The translations under genes were made by a program, and so were the position numbers. A stretch of 64,000 bases of DNA from a virus (Duplodnaviria; Caudoviricetes), in the IMG/VR virus record IMGVR_UViG_3300028805_003982. One strand, given 5' to 3'. Shown here piece after piece: positions 19,587 through 28,568 of this stretch. Every line of letters begins with the position of its first letter. Position 1 is the first letter of the stretch. A model generated the notes under the pieces. It was given only the letters and a program-made list of their open reading frames with translations. It ran no database searches and was not told where the DNA came from.

Positions 19587-19655
19587 AACAACAATTGTCA
19601 ACGCCTTGAGTTGTTGTCTAAACTCAAAATATACATCAAAGAAAGGAAACACATT

Positions 19656-19961
19656 ATGACAAACATCAAATTACTCACATTTTCATGGCCTGATTCAGAT
19701 TATGACGGTGAATCATTAGTTTATTCCGTCGCTATCCAGACACAGCTCGATGACGAAGCCATCAGTAAATTACTCGATGCTGTCGAAGATGCTATGGCAA
19801 ATAATGAGATCGACGAAGAAGACGGCTGCACGACTTGGGACGAACAGATCTATTCCGTTCTCGTAGGCCTGCAGGATGAATATCCGTTCAAGATCATCGA
19901 AACAAGAGACTTCTACAGAGAAGTTCCCGGAACAAACATCTCGCCGGATGTGGGTTTATGA
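19656..19961 (+). CDS. Acidic hypothetical protein
   Basis: AAGGA RBS; ends SPDVGL, like TPEVGL of 18967. Confidence 0.7.
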   Translation: MTNIKLLTFSWPDSDYDGESLVYSVAIQTQLDDEAISKLLDAVEDAMANNEIDEEDGCTTWDEQIYSVLVGLQDEYPFKIIETRDFYREVPGTNISPDVGL

Positions 19962-20380
19962 AAGCTGCATTAAAGCTGCTGCCTGTTTACAAGGATTACG
20001 GCAGGAAGAACCGCAGATCAATACAGAAATGCAGATACAGCGATGAGGTTGTTAATCTCATCGCTAAACATCTTGCCAAGGAGCCTTCCCTTCAGGATTG
20101 TACCATTGAGTGCTACGGTCCTTTCGGGCTGGATGCCGAGTGCTCTGTTTCCGTTCGGAGGAACAGCATTAATGAAGAGCCTGATATTGTAGGTTTTTTA
20201 ACGGTTACGGACAGAAGAGATGCTCAAGATAATCTTGTCTGGGTTTACAAGGATTATAGTAAACCTTCGACCGGGGCGTATCCGAAGGGTTTCATAGGTG
20301 ATCTGAACGGGTTTAACCGTCCTGTCTGTAATCTCCCCCGCGACATGTCCGAAGTAATGAGGCTCGTTTTAAGCGTGTAG
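19958..20380 (+). CDS. Hypothetical protein
   Basis: GPFGL and IGDLNGFN motifs; ATGA overlap. Confidence 0.7.
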   Translation: MKAALKLLPVYKDYGRKNRRSIQKCRYSDEVVNLIAKHLAKEPSLQDCTIECYGPFGLDAECSVSVRRNSINEEPDIVGFLTVTDRRDAQDNLVWVYKDYSKPSTGAYPKGFIGDLNGFNRPVCNLPRDMSEVMRLVLSV

Positions 20381-20484
20381 GAGTCTTTTATTTGCTGTCT
20401 GTTCTATCTTGATGATCGGAGGTTATCTTATATGAATAACATCTTAAATAGAATAACATCTTAAATAGAATAAGAGGTTTTATT

Positions 20485-20871
20485 ATGTTTAATTCTGATC
20501 CTATGAACAGTGCTGCGGCAACCAAGCCCGACGGCAGGGACAATCCTTCTTATCCTGCCCTGATCCAGTGTATCGAGTCAGCAGCTAAGGAAGGGTTTCT
20601 ACAAAGAGATCCGGAGTCTTACGGCAGGATCTTGGTCTACAGAGAAAATATGGATCAGTCCCGATACGGTATTTCGGAGGGGTGGTTCTCCCAGAGCATC
20701 CTGGATGTAGCCGGAGAGATCAAGACTGATCTTCTTTTCGGCAGCGGTGAGCAGTTTCAGGCTTTTATAAAGGCTCTGGAGGATAAAGACATCAGCGCTT
20801 GTTTTAATGATAACGGTAATTTTGAAGGGTTTGAAAGAATGAGATCCCTTGATTTGGAAAGAGAACTTTGA
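20485..20871 (+). CDS. Hypothetical protein
   Basis: GAGG RBS; ends RSLDLEREL. Confidence 0.7.
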   Translation: MFNSDPMNSAAATKPDGRDNPSYPALIQCIESAAKEGFLQRDPESYGRILVYRENMDQSRYGISEGWFSQSILDVAGEIKTDLLFGSGEQFQAFIKALEDKDISACFNDNGNFEGFERMRSLDLEREL

Positions 20872-20883
20872 GGTGCGTTATAT

Positions 20884-21195
20884 ATGAGCAGATCAGAATA
20901 TAACCTTAAGGGACTGAGAAACACATTAATAAAGTACGGCACAACCGGAGACCTTTGTGTTGAAGGTACACATTGGAAGATCGCAGCAGGCGGTTACGAT
21001 CTTCTCTGGGAACTTTATTATAGAGACAGACAGAAAGGCGAGATCCCGGTCATAGGATGCTTTAGGAGTGATGACCCTATGTGTTCCGGCGAGCTGGAGA
21101 ACTATTGTCTTTCTCAGGACGACTTTAACAGGATAGCAGACATTATAATCGACGAATACCCGGTAAAGATACAGGAAAGAAGTCTGGATCTTTAA
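20884..21195 (+). CDS. Hypothetical protein
   Basis: GAGGTG RBS; ends ERSLDL. Confidence 0.7.
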   Translation: MSRSEYNLKGLRNTLIKYGTTGDLCVEGTHWKIAAGGYDLLWELYYRDRQKGEIPVIGCFRSDDPMCSGELENYCLSQDDFNRIADIIIDEYPVKIQERSLDL

Positions 21196-21293
21196 GTCGT
21201 AAGCCGGGTCGTAAGTTTAGTCGTAAGAAGGATCGTTCGGGGCGCATTCTTAGTGTGTTCCGAACATTATTTTTTTTGTAAAAACAATCCCTG

Positions 21294-21339
21294 AAACATC
21301 GGTAAAACAAGGCTTTGCGGGTATCCCGTTTGGTATAAT
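21294..21339 (+). promoter_or_regulatory. Conserved box promoter copy 5
   Basis: AAAC-atc-GGTA-aa-AC, 22 bp, TGgTATAAT; near-identical to copy 6. Confidence 0.85.
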
Positions 21340-21391
21340 AACCTTGTAGGATAACAACAAAGAATGCGTTTTGTTTTAGGAGATTTTTTTT

Positions 21392-21814
21392 ATGAGTATG
21401 AAGTCTTGGACAGAGGAAGGTTTCGGTTTCCCGCTTTTCGTTAATAACAATTTTGATAAGGTAAAGGCATTTGTTGCCGAGCGTCTCAGCCCCAGTGAGA
21501 GGACAGACGTTATGGCTTGTGAAGACGATTTTGAATTAAGCGAATATATTGCAGATAATACCGGCAGCACTTGTACCGCAGAGTTTATTGCAGAGTGCTT
21601 TCGTGAAACCTTGAAGGTCAACTCGCTCTACGGTTTTACGTTTGACGGCGACACTGACCAGGACGAGATGATCGGGTTTAGGCCTACTTATTCTTGGAGC
21701 GATGACGCTGACAAGCTTTCCTATGAAGAAGCTCTTAAGATATTAAAGGACCTGGCTGACAAGCTGGGCATCAACGCCACTCCTGATTACTTTACGGCTG
21801 AGTATTGGGGGTGA
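21392..21814 (+). CDS. Hypothetical acidic protein
   Basis: AGGAG RBS. Confidence 0.7.
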   Translation: MSMKSWTEEGFGFPLFVNNNFDKVKAFVAERLSPSERTDVMACEDDFELSEYIADNTGSTCTAEFIAECFRETLKVNSLYGFTFDGDTDQDEMIGFRPTYSWSDDADKLSYEEALKILKDLADKLGINATPDYFTAEYWG

Positions 21815-21818
21815 TGAT

Positions 21819-22004
21819 ATGGCACAGGTCTATGTAGGTTGTTTTAACGAAGCTGATCTGAACGAAGGGCGCGACAAAAGCCTTGTCGCCCGGAAGATGG
21901 CTGAGACAGGTCTTAACTACACTAACACCAAGATAGTCTACAAGAACGGCGTTCCGGCAGGACTTAAGATCTGGGTGTGTGACAAGGACACTTTTACAAT
22001 CTGA
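21819..22004 (+). CDS. Small hypothetical protein
   Basis: GGGGTG RBS. Confidence 0.6.
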   Translation: MAQVYVGCFNEADLNEGRDKSLVARKMAETGLNYTNTKIVYKNGVPAGLKIWVCDKDTFTI

Positions 22005-22037
22005 TGCATTAAGAATAATTATCAAGGAGGTTTTTAT

Positions 22038-22388
22038 ATGGTAGTTTCAAGTTATTATTACGGTAACCCGGGTAAGCTTTCAGGGATCGTTATAGATACC
22101 AATAAGAGAGTTTATGCCACCTTTAACGGGATTGATAAGAGTATCTGGTGTGACAGGCTGAGGACGGTTCCGGGAAGTGAGCCTCTGGCTTCGTTTAAGG
22201 ATGATTTCCACATTCCCGGAGATATGCTGTTCAGGACTAGGAAAAAATCAGATCTCCACGATATTTTGAGAGTCGTGGATGAGATCGGGTATGAAAGAGA
22301 GCCTGATAAGATTCTTGATTTCGGGTGCTATCAGGCTCCTGAGACAGACCTACAGTATATCAATCAGCATCCCGGAAGAGATCTTTGA
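22038..22388 (+). CDS. Hypothetical protein
   Basis: AAGGAGG RBS. Confidence 0.7.
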   Translation: MVVSSYYYGNPGKLSGIVIDTNKRVYATFNGIDKSIWCDRLRTVPGSEPLASFKDDFHIPGDMLFRTRKKSDLHDILRVVDEIGYEREPDKILDFGCYQAPETDLQYINQHPGRDL

Positions 22389-22519
22389 TCCTCCGGGCCG
22401 CTTTGGCGGTGCTATCCTATGCAAACGCGGTAATAATAAGAGAACAGTTTGATATGTCTTAAAGAACATAAAGAGCATACTGATATGTCATAAAGAGCAT
22501 ATTTATCGGAGGTATTGTT

Positions 22520-22957
22520 ATGAAAAAGAATTATCCCGGAGAGAGCGCAGCGGATTTCTTTGACGCTGTCAAACAGATAATGGCTGAAGCCAGGGCAAAG
22601 TATCCCGAATACAAAGATTCCAACCTGGATACGAACGGTGAGATATTCTATATGAACGGCAATGACTCAACCAAGTTTGACTGGGAGGTGAACGACCGCC
22701 TCTGTGAGTTTATGATCTTCCACAAGGACGAAATGGGCTTTATCAAGGTTTGCGCCGATACCAACGGAAACATTGACGGCTATATCTATAAGGCCGGCAG
22801 CATGTCTCCTGATGAGCGTTTTACCTGCAGCATTTCAAAAGATGCAGTCTACGATGCCTATGAATGGATATCAGAGCACGCGGATGGCCTCGATCTCTGG
22901 GATAAGTCATTGGACGAACTTAAGGTTCCGTCCAACTCCAGGGGTCTTAGCATCTGA
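22520..22957 (+). CDS. Hypothetical protein
   Basis: GGAGG RBS. Confidence 0.7.
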   Translation: MKKNYPGESAADFFDAVKQIMAEARAKYPEYKDSNLDTNGEIFYMNGNDSTKFDWEVNDRLCEFMIFHKDEMGFIKVCADTNGNIDGYIYKAGSMSPDERFTCSISKDAVYDAYEWISEHADGLDLWDKSLDELKVPSNSRGLSI

Positions 22958-22986
22958 CGATCCGGCAGTTAATGGAATAAAGGCTT

Positions 22987-23018
22987 CCCGGGATACTTAA
23001 TTCCCGGGTTTTCTTTTG
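22987..23018 (+). terminator. Intrinsic terminator
   Basis: cccggga-N8-tcccggg followed by T run. Confidence 0.75.
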
Positions 23019-23035
23019 AACGTAAAAAGTCCCTG

Positions 23036-23081
23036 AAACATCGGTAAAACAAGGCTTTGCGAGGTGCCAGTCTGGTATAAT
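23036..23081 (+). promoter_or_regulatory. Conserved box promoter copy 6
   Basis: AAAC-atc-GGTA-aa-AC, 22 bp, TGgTATAAT. Confidence 0.85.
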
Positions 23082-23130
23082 AACATTGTAGGATAACAAC
23101 ATGAAATACTGTTTTGAGGGGGACTTTATT

Positions 23131-24528
23131 ATGGCATCTAACATCAGTTTGTTTGATATGGACTATCAGGGTATCCTGGACAAGCTTGCAAGCGGAGTTG
23201 ACAACAGGCGCTTTCTCCGCATCTGTCACTACATGCTGAGCTATTCAAGCTATGGTTCCTATTGCTCGTATCACAAGTATAACACCATTAACCTTATCTT
23301 CTTTAATCCTATGGACAAGTCTTTGAAATATGCTGAGGCAAGTCTTACTCTGCCCGACAGATACGACCGCTACGATAACAAAGAAGAGCTCGGGCTTAAG
23401 GATGAACCCGTTTCTCTGCGCTTCCGTTCTAATCCGGTTGTTGTTAAGCCCGTTACCAAGATGCTCATTAATCCTGTCATCGCAAATATCGGCGATTATA
23501 CTTCGTATCTTAAAGAGACTAACCCCTACGCTTATCAGTTCTGCAGAGAAGCTTTGTTTCATATGCTGATGTTTAACATGTACGCCTGCTGTCCGGCGAT
23601 CGAGATACTCTGGAAAGCCGGTTATGCTTTCGCGCAGCACTTTAGAGCGTGGGGTTACTCGGTACCCGTTGATGAGTTTAACCGCCTGGTCAAGGCAGAC
23701 GGTACCGATCCCAAGAGCATCTTTAAGTGCAGTAAGGTTGTCTATTCGGTTTTAAAGAATGAAAATCGCCTCAGCACCTGGGACATTTTCAGGAAGATGG
23801 ACAAGTTCGGCATTCTTTCCAAGGACGACATGGCTCTGCTCATCGATATGCATCTGGCACCCAAGCACATTGACAGGATGCGCTATATCCTGAACTATGA
23901 GCATCACGGCCGCAAGGTATTTACCCTGAGTTCTCTCGTGAACTACCTTAACCGCATCGATCAGTATGAAGCTATTGAAAGGCTTGAGGGCATTGAGATA
24001 CTCTTTGATTATCTTCATATGTGCAAGGTTCTTGATATGGAACCCAAGGTTGACGGAGACTCCCTGAAGCGCGAACACGACATTTCCGCAAGGCTCTGCC
24101 GTGAAGTCCGCAACGAGAGATTGGCGCTTGCCATGGAAGCTGCATCGAACAACAACGCTGACTACAACTTCGAGTCCGGTTCATATCTCATTAGAGCCAT
24201 CAAAGACTATAACGACCTCTTGGACGAAGCTAAGCAGCAGCATAATTGCGTTGCTTCCTACGCCGACCGCATCGCCAAGGGCACAAGCCGCATCTTCGTT
24301 ATGAGAAGAGTTGACGATCCCGACAAGTCTCTTGTAACTGTCGAGTTGGACCCTACGGCTTCCATCATCCGTCAGAAGTATCTGGCTTACAACAGACCAA
24401 TACACGACAAGTCAATGTCAGACTTCTTATCTCTCTGGCTTAAGCACTGCAAGGAGATCAATGCGGCCAATATGGAGATCATCCTGGCAAATAACGATTC
24501 TTCTGATGCATCTGTCTGTATCGCTTAA
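23131..24528 (+). CDS. PcfJ-domain protein
   Basis: DYLHMC..L...LKREHD; L..E...QHNCVASYA.....G.S.IF.MR....D.SLVTVEL. Confidence 0.88.
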   Translation: MASNISLFDMDYQGILDKLASGVDNRRFLRICHYMLSYSSYGSYCSYHKYNTINLIFFNPMDKSLKYAEASLTLPDRYDRYDNKEELGLKDEPVSLRFRSNPVVVKPVTKMLINPVIANIGDYTSYLKETNPYAYQFCREALFHMLMFNMYACCPAIEILWKAGYAFAQHFRAWGYSVPVDEFNRLVKADGTDPKSIFKCSKVVYSVLKNENRLSTWDIFRKMDKFGILSKDDMALLIDMHLAPKHIDRMRYILNYEHHGRKVFTLSSLVNYLNRIDQYEAIERLEGIEILFDYLHMCKVLDMEPKVDGDSLKREHDISARLCREVRNERLALAMEAASNNNADYNFESGSYLIRAIKDYNDLLDEAKQQHNCVASYADRIAKGTSRIFVMRRVDDPDKSLVTVELDPTASIIRQKYLAYNRPIHDKSMSDFLSLWLKHCKEINAANMEIILANNDSSDASVCIA

Positions 24529-24561
24529 CATTAAGAGCATTATCAGCTTCAGACAATATAA

Positions 24562-24606
24562 AGAGGACGGCTTTTGAAAGGAACCGTCCTCTGTCATTTC
24601 TTTTTT
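24562..24606. terminator. Hairpin between convergent genes
   Basis: agaggacgg-N13-ccgtcctct. Confidence 0.7.
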
Positions 24607-24616
24607 AACCCCGGGC

Positions 24617-26548
24617 TCAGACCTTGAAACCTATCTTGTGTCTTTCCGCTTCGATCTCCTCTCTTACAATGGCTTCTTCGATCGCTTTATCGAAATGGTC
24701 CGGGCTTACCGTGATAAAGTCACGCACCCCGCTCTTATCTTCCAGATATTCCCGGTACGCCGCAAGAGCTCCTGACCTTACTGCTTTGTTGTACTGTCTT
24801 AAGCTCCTGACACCTCTGTCGTACATTCTTTCAGTCACTTCGGATATAACCTTGCCCGGTACTTTGAGTCTGCCCTCATACACGGGCGACTTCATTTCCT
24901 TTAACATCATCTTGGACATGATGGACAGGCATCTGTCCCTGGTAGGCTCGGGGAACTCCACTATGTCACACCTGTCTTTGAGCCACGGCGCCATCCTGTC
25001 TTCTTCGTTCGCTGTTAAGATAAAAATGACGCCCTTGACATCAAAGTTCCTGTTGAGAAAATTGTCCGTTATCTGATGCGAGCCGTCCATCGCGCTCAAC
25101 AGTTCGTCCTGGATATTATGTACTGAGTCGCGCCTTGCGGATGCTTTGTCGATCTCATCTATGAGGATCACCGGGTTTAACGAGTCGGTCACAAGGCACG
25201 CCTGGGCGATCTCGCCGAACCTTGACTGCTTATATGTCGCCGAGTCACCCGTAAGTCCTCTGCCGGTCGCTGCGCTCTGGGCATCGATCTTATAGAAACC
25301 CAGGCCCAGAATCTCGGCAAGGAGTTTTCCAAAATACGTCTTTCCGATCCCGGCTCTCCCGCAGAGAAGTATAGGGGAGGTGCTGCCGCATCTGACATAC
25401 TCAAGAGAAATCTTTAAAAGAGGGAACACGATCTCTTCTGGCAGGTCGTGCGCTTCACAGAGCTCCTTTATTTTAACGTACAGGTCCCGGTTGTTGTTCT
25501 TCCCGGGATCGAACCCGGTTATCACCGGCGCTCTTTCTTCCAGATAGTCCAGCCTTACAAGTTCGTCTGTCGTGACATTATTGTTCTTGGCAACCTGCTC
25601 GTATTCTCTTTCCTTTCTGTTCCTCTCTCTTCTGGCATTAACTTCTTCTGTCAGGCTCTTATATTTAGCTGACGTTTTGTCTTCCGGATGTCTGGACTCA
25701 TAATAAGTAAGGAGCTGCTCGACTTCTTCATCGGTGGCCAGATCGCCTTCGGCTTCTTTCGGGAAGCCTCCGCTTGTTCCGGACTCATTGCTCTCCGGAG
25801 CATTTATATTAACTGCCGCCGGACACTTATCAGTCACTACCCGCCTTATAGGATCGTAATAAAGCTGCTGCACTTCAGGTGCACTATTCAGGTCTTCTGC
25901 CGGGGTGTCCGGATCATCTCCGGGGCGGGGAGTAAGGCCCTCGGTCTCATCCCAGTCGTCGTCTTCCGGATCGGGCTCACCGTCTTCATAGTAAGCGGTC
26001 AAGGCACCATAAATATCCTCCGGCGTATCCGTTATATCATCTATCTCATCTTTCCCGTCATCGTTGTCCTTAAAGAGAGGCAGCCTTAAGAAATAATAAA
26101 GCTCACCATACTCCTTGTTCATATATGTCTCGATCTTATTGAGGCTGAGATTTACAGAGCCTGCCAGAACGGAATACTTAACACCCGTGACGGCTGCGTA
26201 AAGCTCCAGGTAACCTGTCATCTGCACGCCGTCTTCTATCAGATAGTCCTCGTCAAACAATGTCTTCTCCGCGGGTGACAGACTCTTCTGGATCGCGTCC
26301 TTGAACTTCTCTGATCTTTCTTCGTACGATCTTAATACGACCTTTTCAAGTTCGGCGAGTTTGATCCTGGGGCCTTGCGGCATCTCGTCGCCAGCTGCCA
26401 TCTCCATCTCTCTTTTATCCCGGACCTGCTTTATTGCCCTGCGGACGATCTGATATTCCCTCTGGGTTATCGTCTCCTTTTCTTTCTTTAACTTGTTCTT
26501 CTCCTCCTCGCGGCGAAGCTCTTCCAGTCTTTCTTCTCTTCCTGCCAT
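24617..26548 (-). CDS. Lon-like AAA+ ATPase lacking the protease domain, with long charged N-terminus
   Basis: LLCGRAGIGKT, NPVILIDEIDK, FILTAN, L.DR; ends KIGFKV straight after the AAA lid. Confidence 0.8.
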   Translation of the reverse strand: MAGREERLEELRREEEKNKLKKEKETITQREYQIVRRAIKQVRDKREMEMAAGDEMPQGPRIKLAELEKVVLRSYEERSEKFKDAIQKSLSPAEKTLFDEDYLIEDGVQMTGYLELYAAVTGVKYSVLAGSVNLSLNKIETYMNKEYGELYYFLRLPLFKDNDDGKDEIDDITDTPEDIYGALTAYYEDGEPDPEDDDWDETEGLTPRPGDDPDTPAEDLNSAPEVQQLYYDPIRRVVTDKCPAAVNINAPESNESGTSGGFPKEAEGDLATDEEVEQLLTYYESRHPEDKTSAKYKSLTEEVNARRERNRKEREYEQVAKNNNVTTDELVRLDYLEERAPVITGFDPGKNNNRDLYVKIKELCEAHDLPEEIVFPLLKISLEYVRCGSTSPILLCGRAGIGKTYFGKLLAEILGLGFYKIDAQSAATGRGLTGDSATYKQSRFGEIAQACLVTDSLNPVILIDEIDKASARRDSVHNIQDELLSAMDGSHQITDNFLNRNFDVKGVIFILTANEEDRMAPWLKDRCDIVEFPEPTRDRCLSIMSKMMLKEMKSPVYEGRLKVPGKVISEVTERMYDRGVRSLRQYNKAVRSGALAAYREYLEDKSGVRDFITVSPDHFDKAIEEAIVREEIEAERHKIGFKV

Positions 26549-26921
26549 AACGGATTCTCCTCTCCCGAATCTCTTTGAGACACCGATACTTAAGAGAAGC
26601 TTCTTGCCTTAAGCTGCTCTCATTTTAGTGTCTCATATGTTGCTGCGTTTACTATTGAACCCGTGCTTTGCCTGTCACTTATTCAACTTCAACTATCTAT
26701 GTTATAACAGCAAAATCAGCAAAGTGCAGCGGAACTTAAGTTACAAAATAAAGAAACCCAAAGCTGCCTGGTGGGACAAATCTTCGGGTTTCGGGAGAAA
26801 GATAGTGCGTGGTCGGGGCTCTTTGGGAAAGCCCGCCAGCTTCCATTTAATCAATAACGATCACATAATTCAATCTTGTTTTAACTTCCTTTTTATGTTA
26901 TTGTCCGGCAACTTTTTCACA

Positions 26922-28274
26922 TCACTCGGAGTCCAATTTATGAATATCTTTTTTCAGCTGGCTGTCAGTCGAATGCATATACACATCCAGTGTGATCCCG
27001 CTGGTCTCGTGACCCATAACGGTCTGCGTGCTCTTGACTGCGGCACCGCTGTTAGCCAGTCTCGTTGCAAACGTATGCCTTAATGAATGCATACTGACAT
27101 GAGGTATCTCTGCCATCTGCGCTCTTTTCTTTAACGTCTGGTCGAACGTATGAGTCGTCTTGATGCCGCCGGTCTGCTTACTCCTGTAGACCAGATCGTT
27201 CCCGGTAAACGTAACCCAACGATCCGTCACTTCGTCCTTATACGAATACACCTGAGACTCGCCCTTGGACCAGATATCCTTCACTTCGCTGTGGGCTGAT
27301 CCGTCCTTCAGCATCTCTTTTTCAACTTCTTTTTTGATCCACATGATCTCCAGAAGTTCACTGCCTTTTCTGGTCAACGGTATCACGCGGTACCCTGCTT
27401 CAGTCTTCGGAGGGTTTATTTTTGTCTTGCCGTTCTCGTCCGCGCTTGCTGCGTGAGTTACCCTGATGAAGCCTTCTTTAAGATTCACATCCTGCCAGGT
27501 CAACGCTCTCAATTCTCCTATCCGAAGGCCCGTTTCGAGGACCAGCAGCACGGCGTTATCGTTCGGGTCTTTAACATTGAGAACTCTATTGAGCTTCTCT
27601 ATCTCGGTCTTATCCAGCACCTTGACTCTCTTGGTCTCCGTTCTGGAAGCTCTCTTATCAGGCAGTCTGGTCTTGAAATCCGACAGGTCTTCCGTCATAA
27701 GTCCTTTCTTCTTGGCGTCCCTTAACACTCTTCGCAGCATGACAAACAGATCGCTGACGCTGCATCTTGCGTAACCTTTTTCGAGCAGCTTATCGTTAAG
27801 CTCGTCGAGGTCTTTTTCCCTTATCATGAACAGCCACTTATCTCCTATAAAGGGTGCTGCCATCCTCTCGTATTTACTGACATAGTTTCTATAAGTGCTC
27901 TCTCTGATCCTGCTTTTTTCCTTTTCCGACCACTCCTCGAACCACTCGTTCAGCGTAAGCGGCCGGTTGTCCCATTTGGTACTGAACGGGTTGGTCCTGC
28001 TCAGTTTCTTCCCCCGTGAGACTCTGAATGGCTCTTCTCTTTTAGCTCTACTGCCAAGAAGACTTGCGGAGGGAGTGGTGCTCTCAGATGCTGCCCCGAC
28101 GGTTGCTTGGGGGTGGGCTTTTGCATGGTTAAGCCATGTTCTGGCGTCTCTTAATCTGACAAATATCTTCTCTCTTCTGACTCCGGTTTTGTCGGTGAAC
28201 CTTGCTGAGAACCTTCCGTCTTTTCTCTGCGTTAAGCCCATGCCGAGGTTTTTACCGTCAAGTGATCTGCCCAT
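26922..28274 (-). CDS. int: Tyrosine integrase with N-terminal arm-binding domain
   Basis: QRKDGRF.AR; TGLRIGEL, PPKT, HSLRHTFATR, MGH, LDVY. Confidence 0.95.
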   Translation of the reverse strand: MGRSLDGKNLGMGLTQRKDGRFSARFTDKTGVRREKIFVRLRDARTWLNHAKAHPQATVGAASESTTPSASLLGSRAKREEPFRVSRGKKLSRTNPFSTKWDNRPLTLNEWFEEWSEKEKSRIRESTYRNYVSKYERMAAPFIGDKWLFMIREKDLDELNDKLLEKGYARCSVSDLFVMLRRVLRDAKKKGLMTEDLSDFKTRLPDKRASRTETKRVKVLDKTEIEKLNRVLNVKDPNDNAVLLVLETGLRIGELRALTWQDVNLKEGFIRVTHAASADENGKTKINPPKTEAGYRVIPLTRKGSELLEIMWIKKEVEKEMLKDGSAHSEVKDIWSKGESQVYSYKDEVTDRWVTFTGNDLVYRSKQTGGIKTTHTFDQTLKKRAQMAEIPHVSMHSLRHTFATRLANSGAAVKSTQTVMGHETSGITLDVYMHSTDSQLKKDIHKLDSE

Positions 28275-28349
28275 ATATCCCTTATCTCCTTTCTTTAGAA
28301 TCTTCCCATAGAGGTCTCGCCGTCATAACTTCGTCGGCGTTTTGTTCAG

Positions 28350-28565
28350 TCATTCAATACTGTCGGTGTTGCGGAGAAACTCCTCAAAGGCTTCTCTTTT
28401 GACAAGTCTCTTGGTGGGGCCGACATATATGACAAAGGGACAACCAGGCTCCGAAAGAAGTCTCTTGATGGAGTCTTTTCCGATGTTTGTATACGCGGAA
28501 GCCTCTTCGATCGTTAACAAGAATTTTTGCGGGATGGGTATTCCCGGTTCGGATAAGACGCTCAT
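28350..28565 (-). CDS. xis: Excisionase
   Basis: LLTIEEASAYTNIG...VG..KRLVKR..FE.FL, directly upstream of int. Confidence 0.85.
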   Translation of the reverse strand: MSVLSEPGIPIPQKFLLTIEEASAYTNIGKDSIKRLLSEPGCPFVIYVGPTKRLVKREAFEEFLRNTDSIE

Positions 28566-28568
28566 TTG

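Noticed and set aside
20433-20473. 17-bp tandem duplication gaataacatcttaaata, and a similar duplication at 22450-22500
   Set aside because: Most simply explained as slippage duplications; no further copies seen
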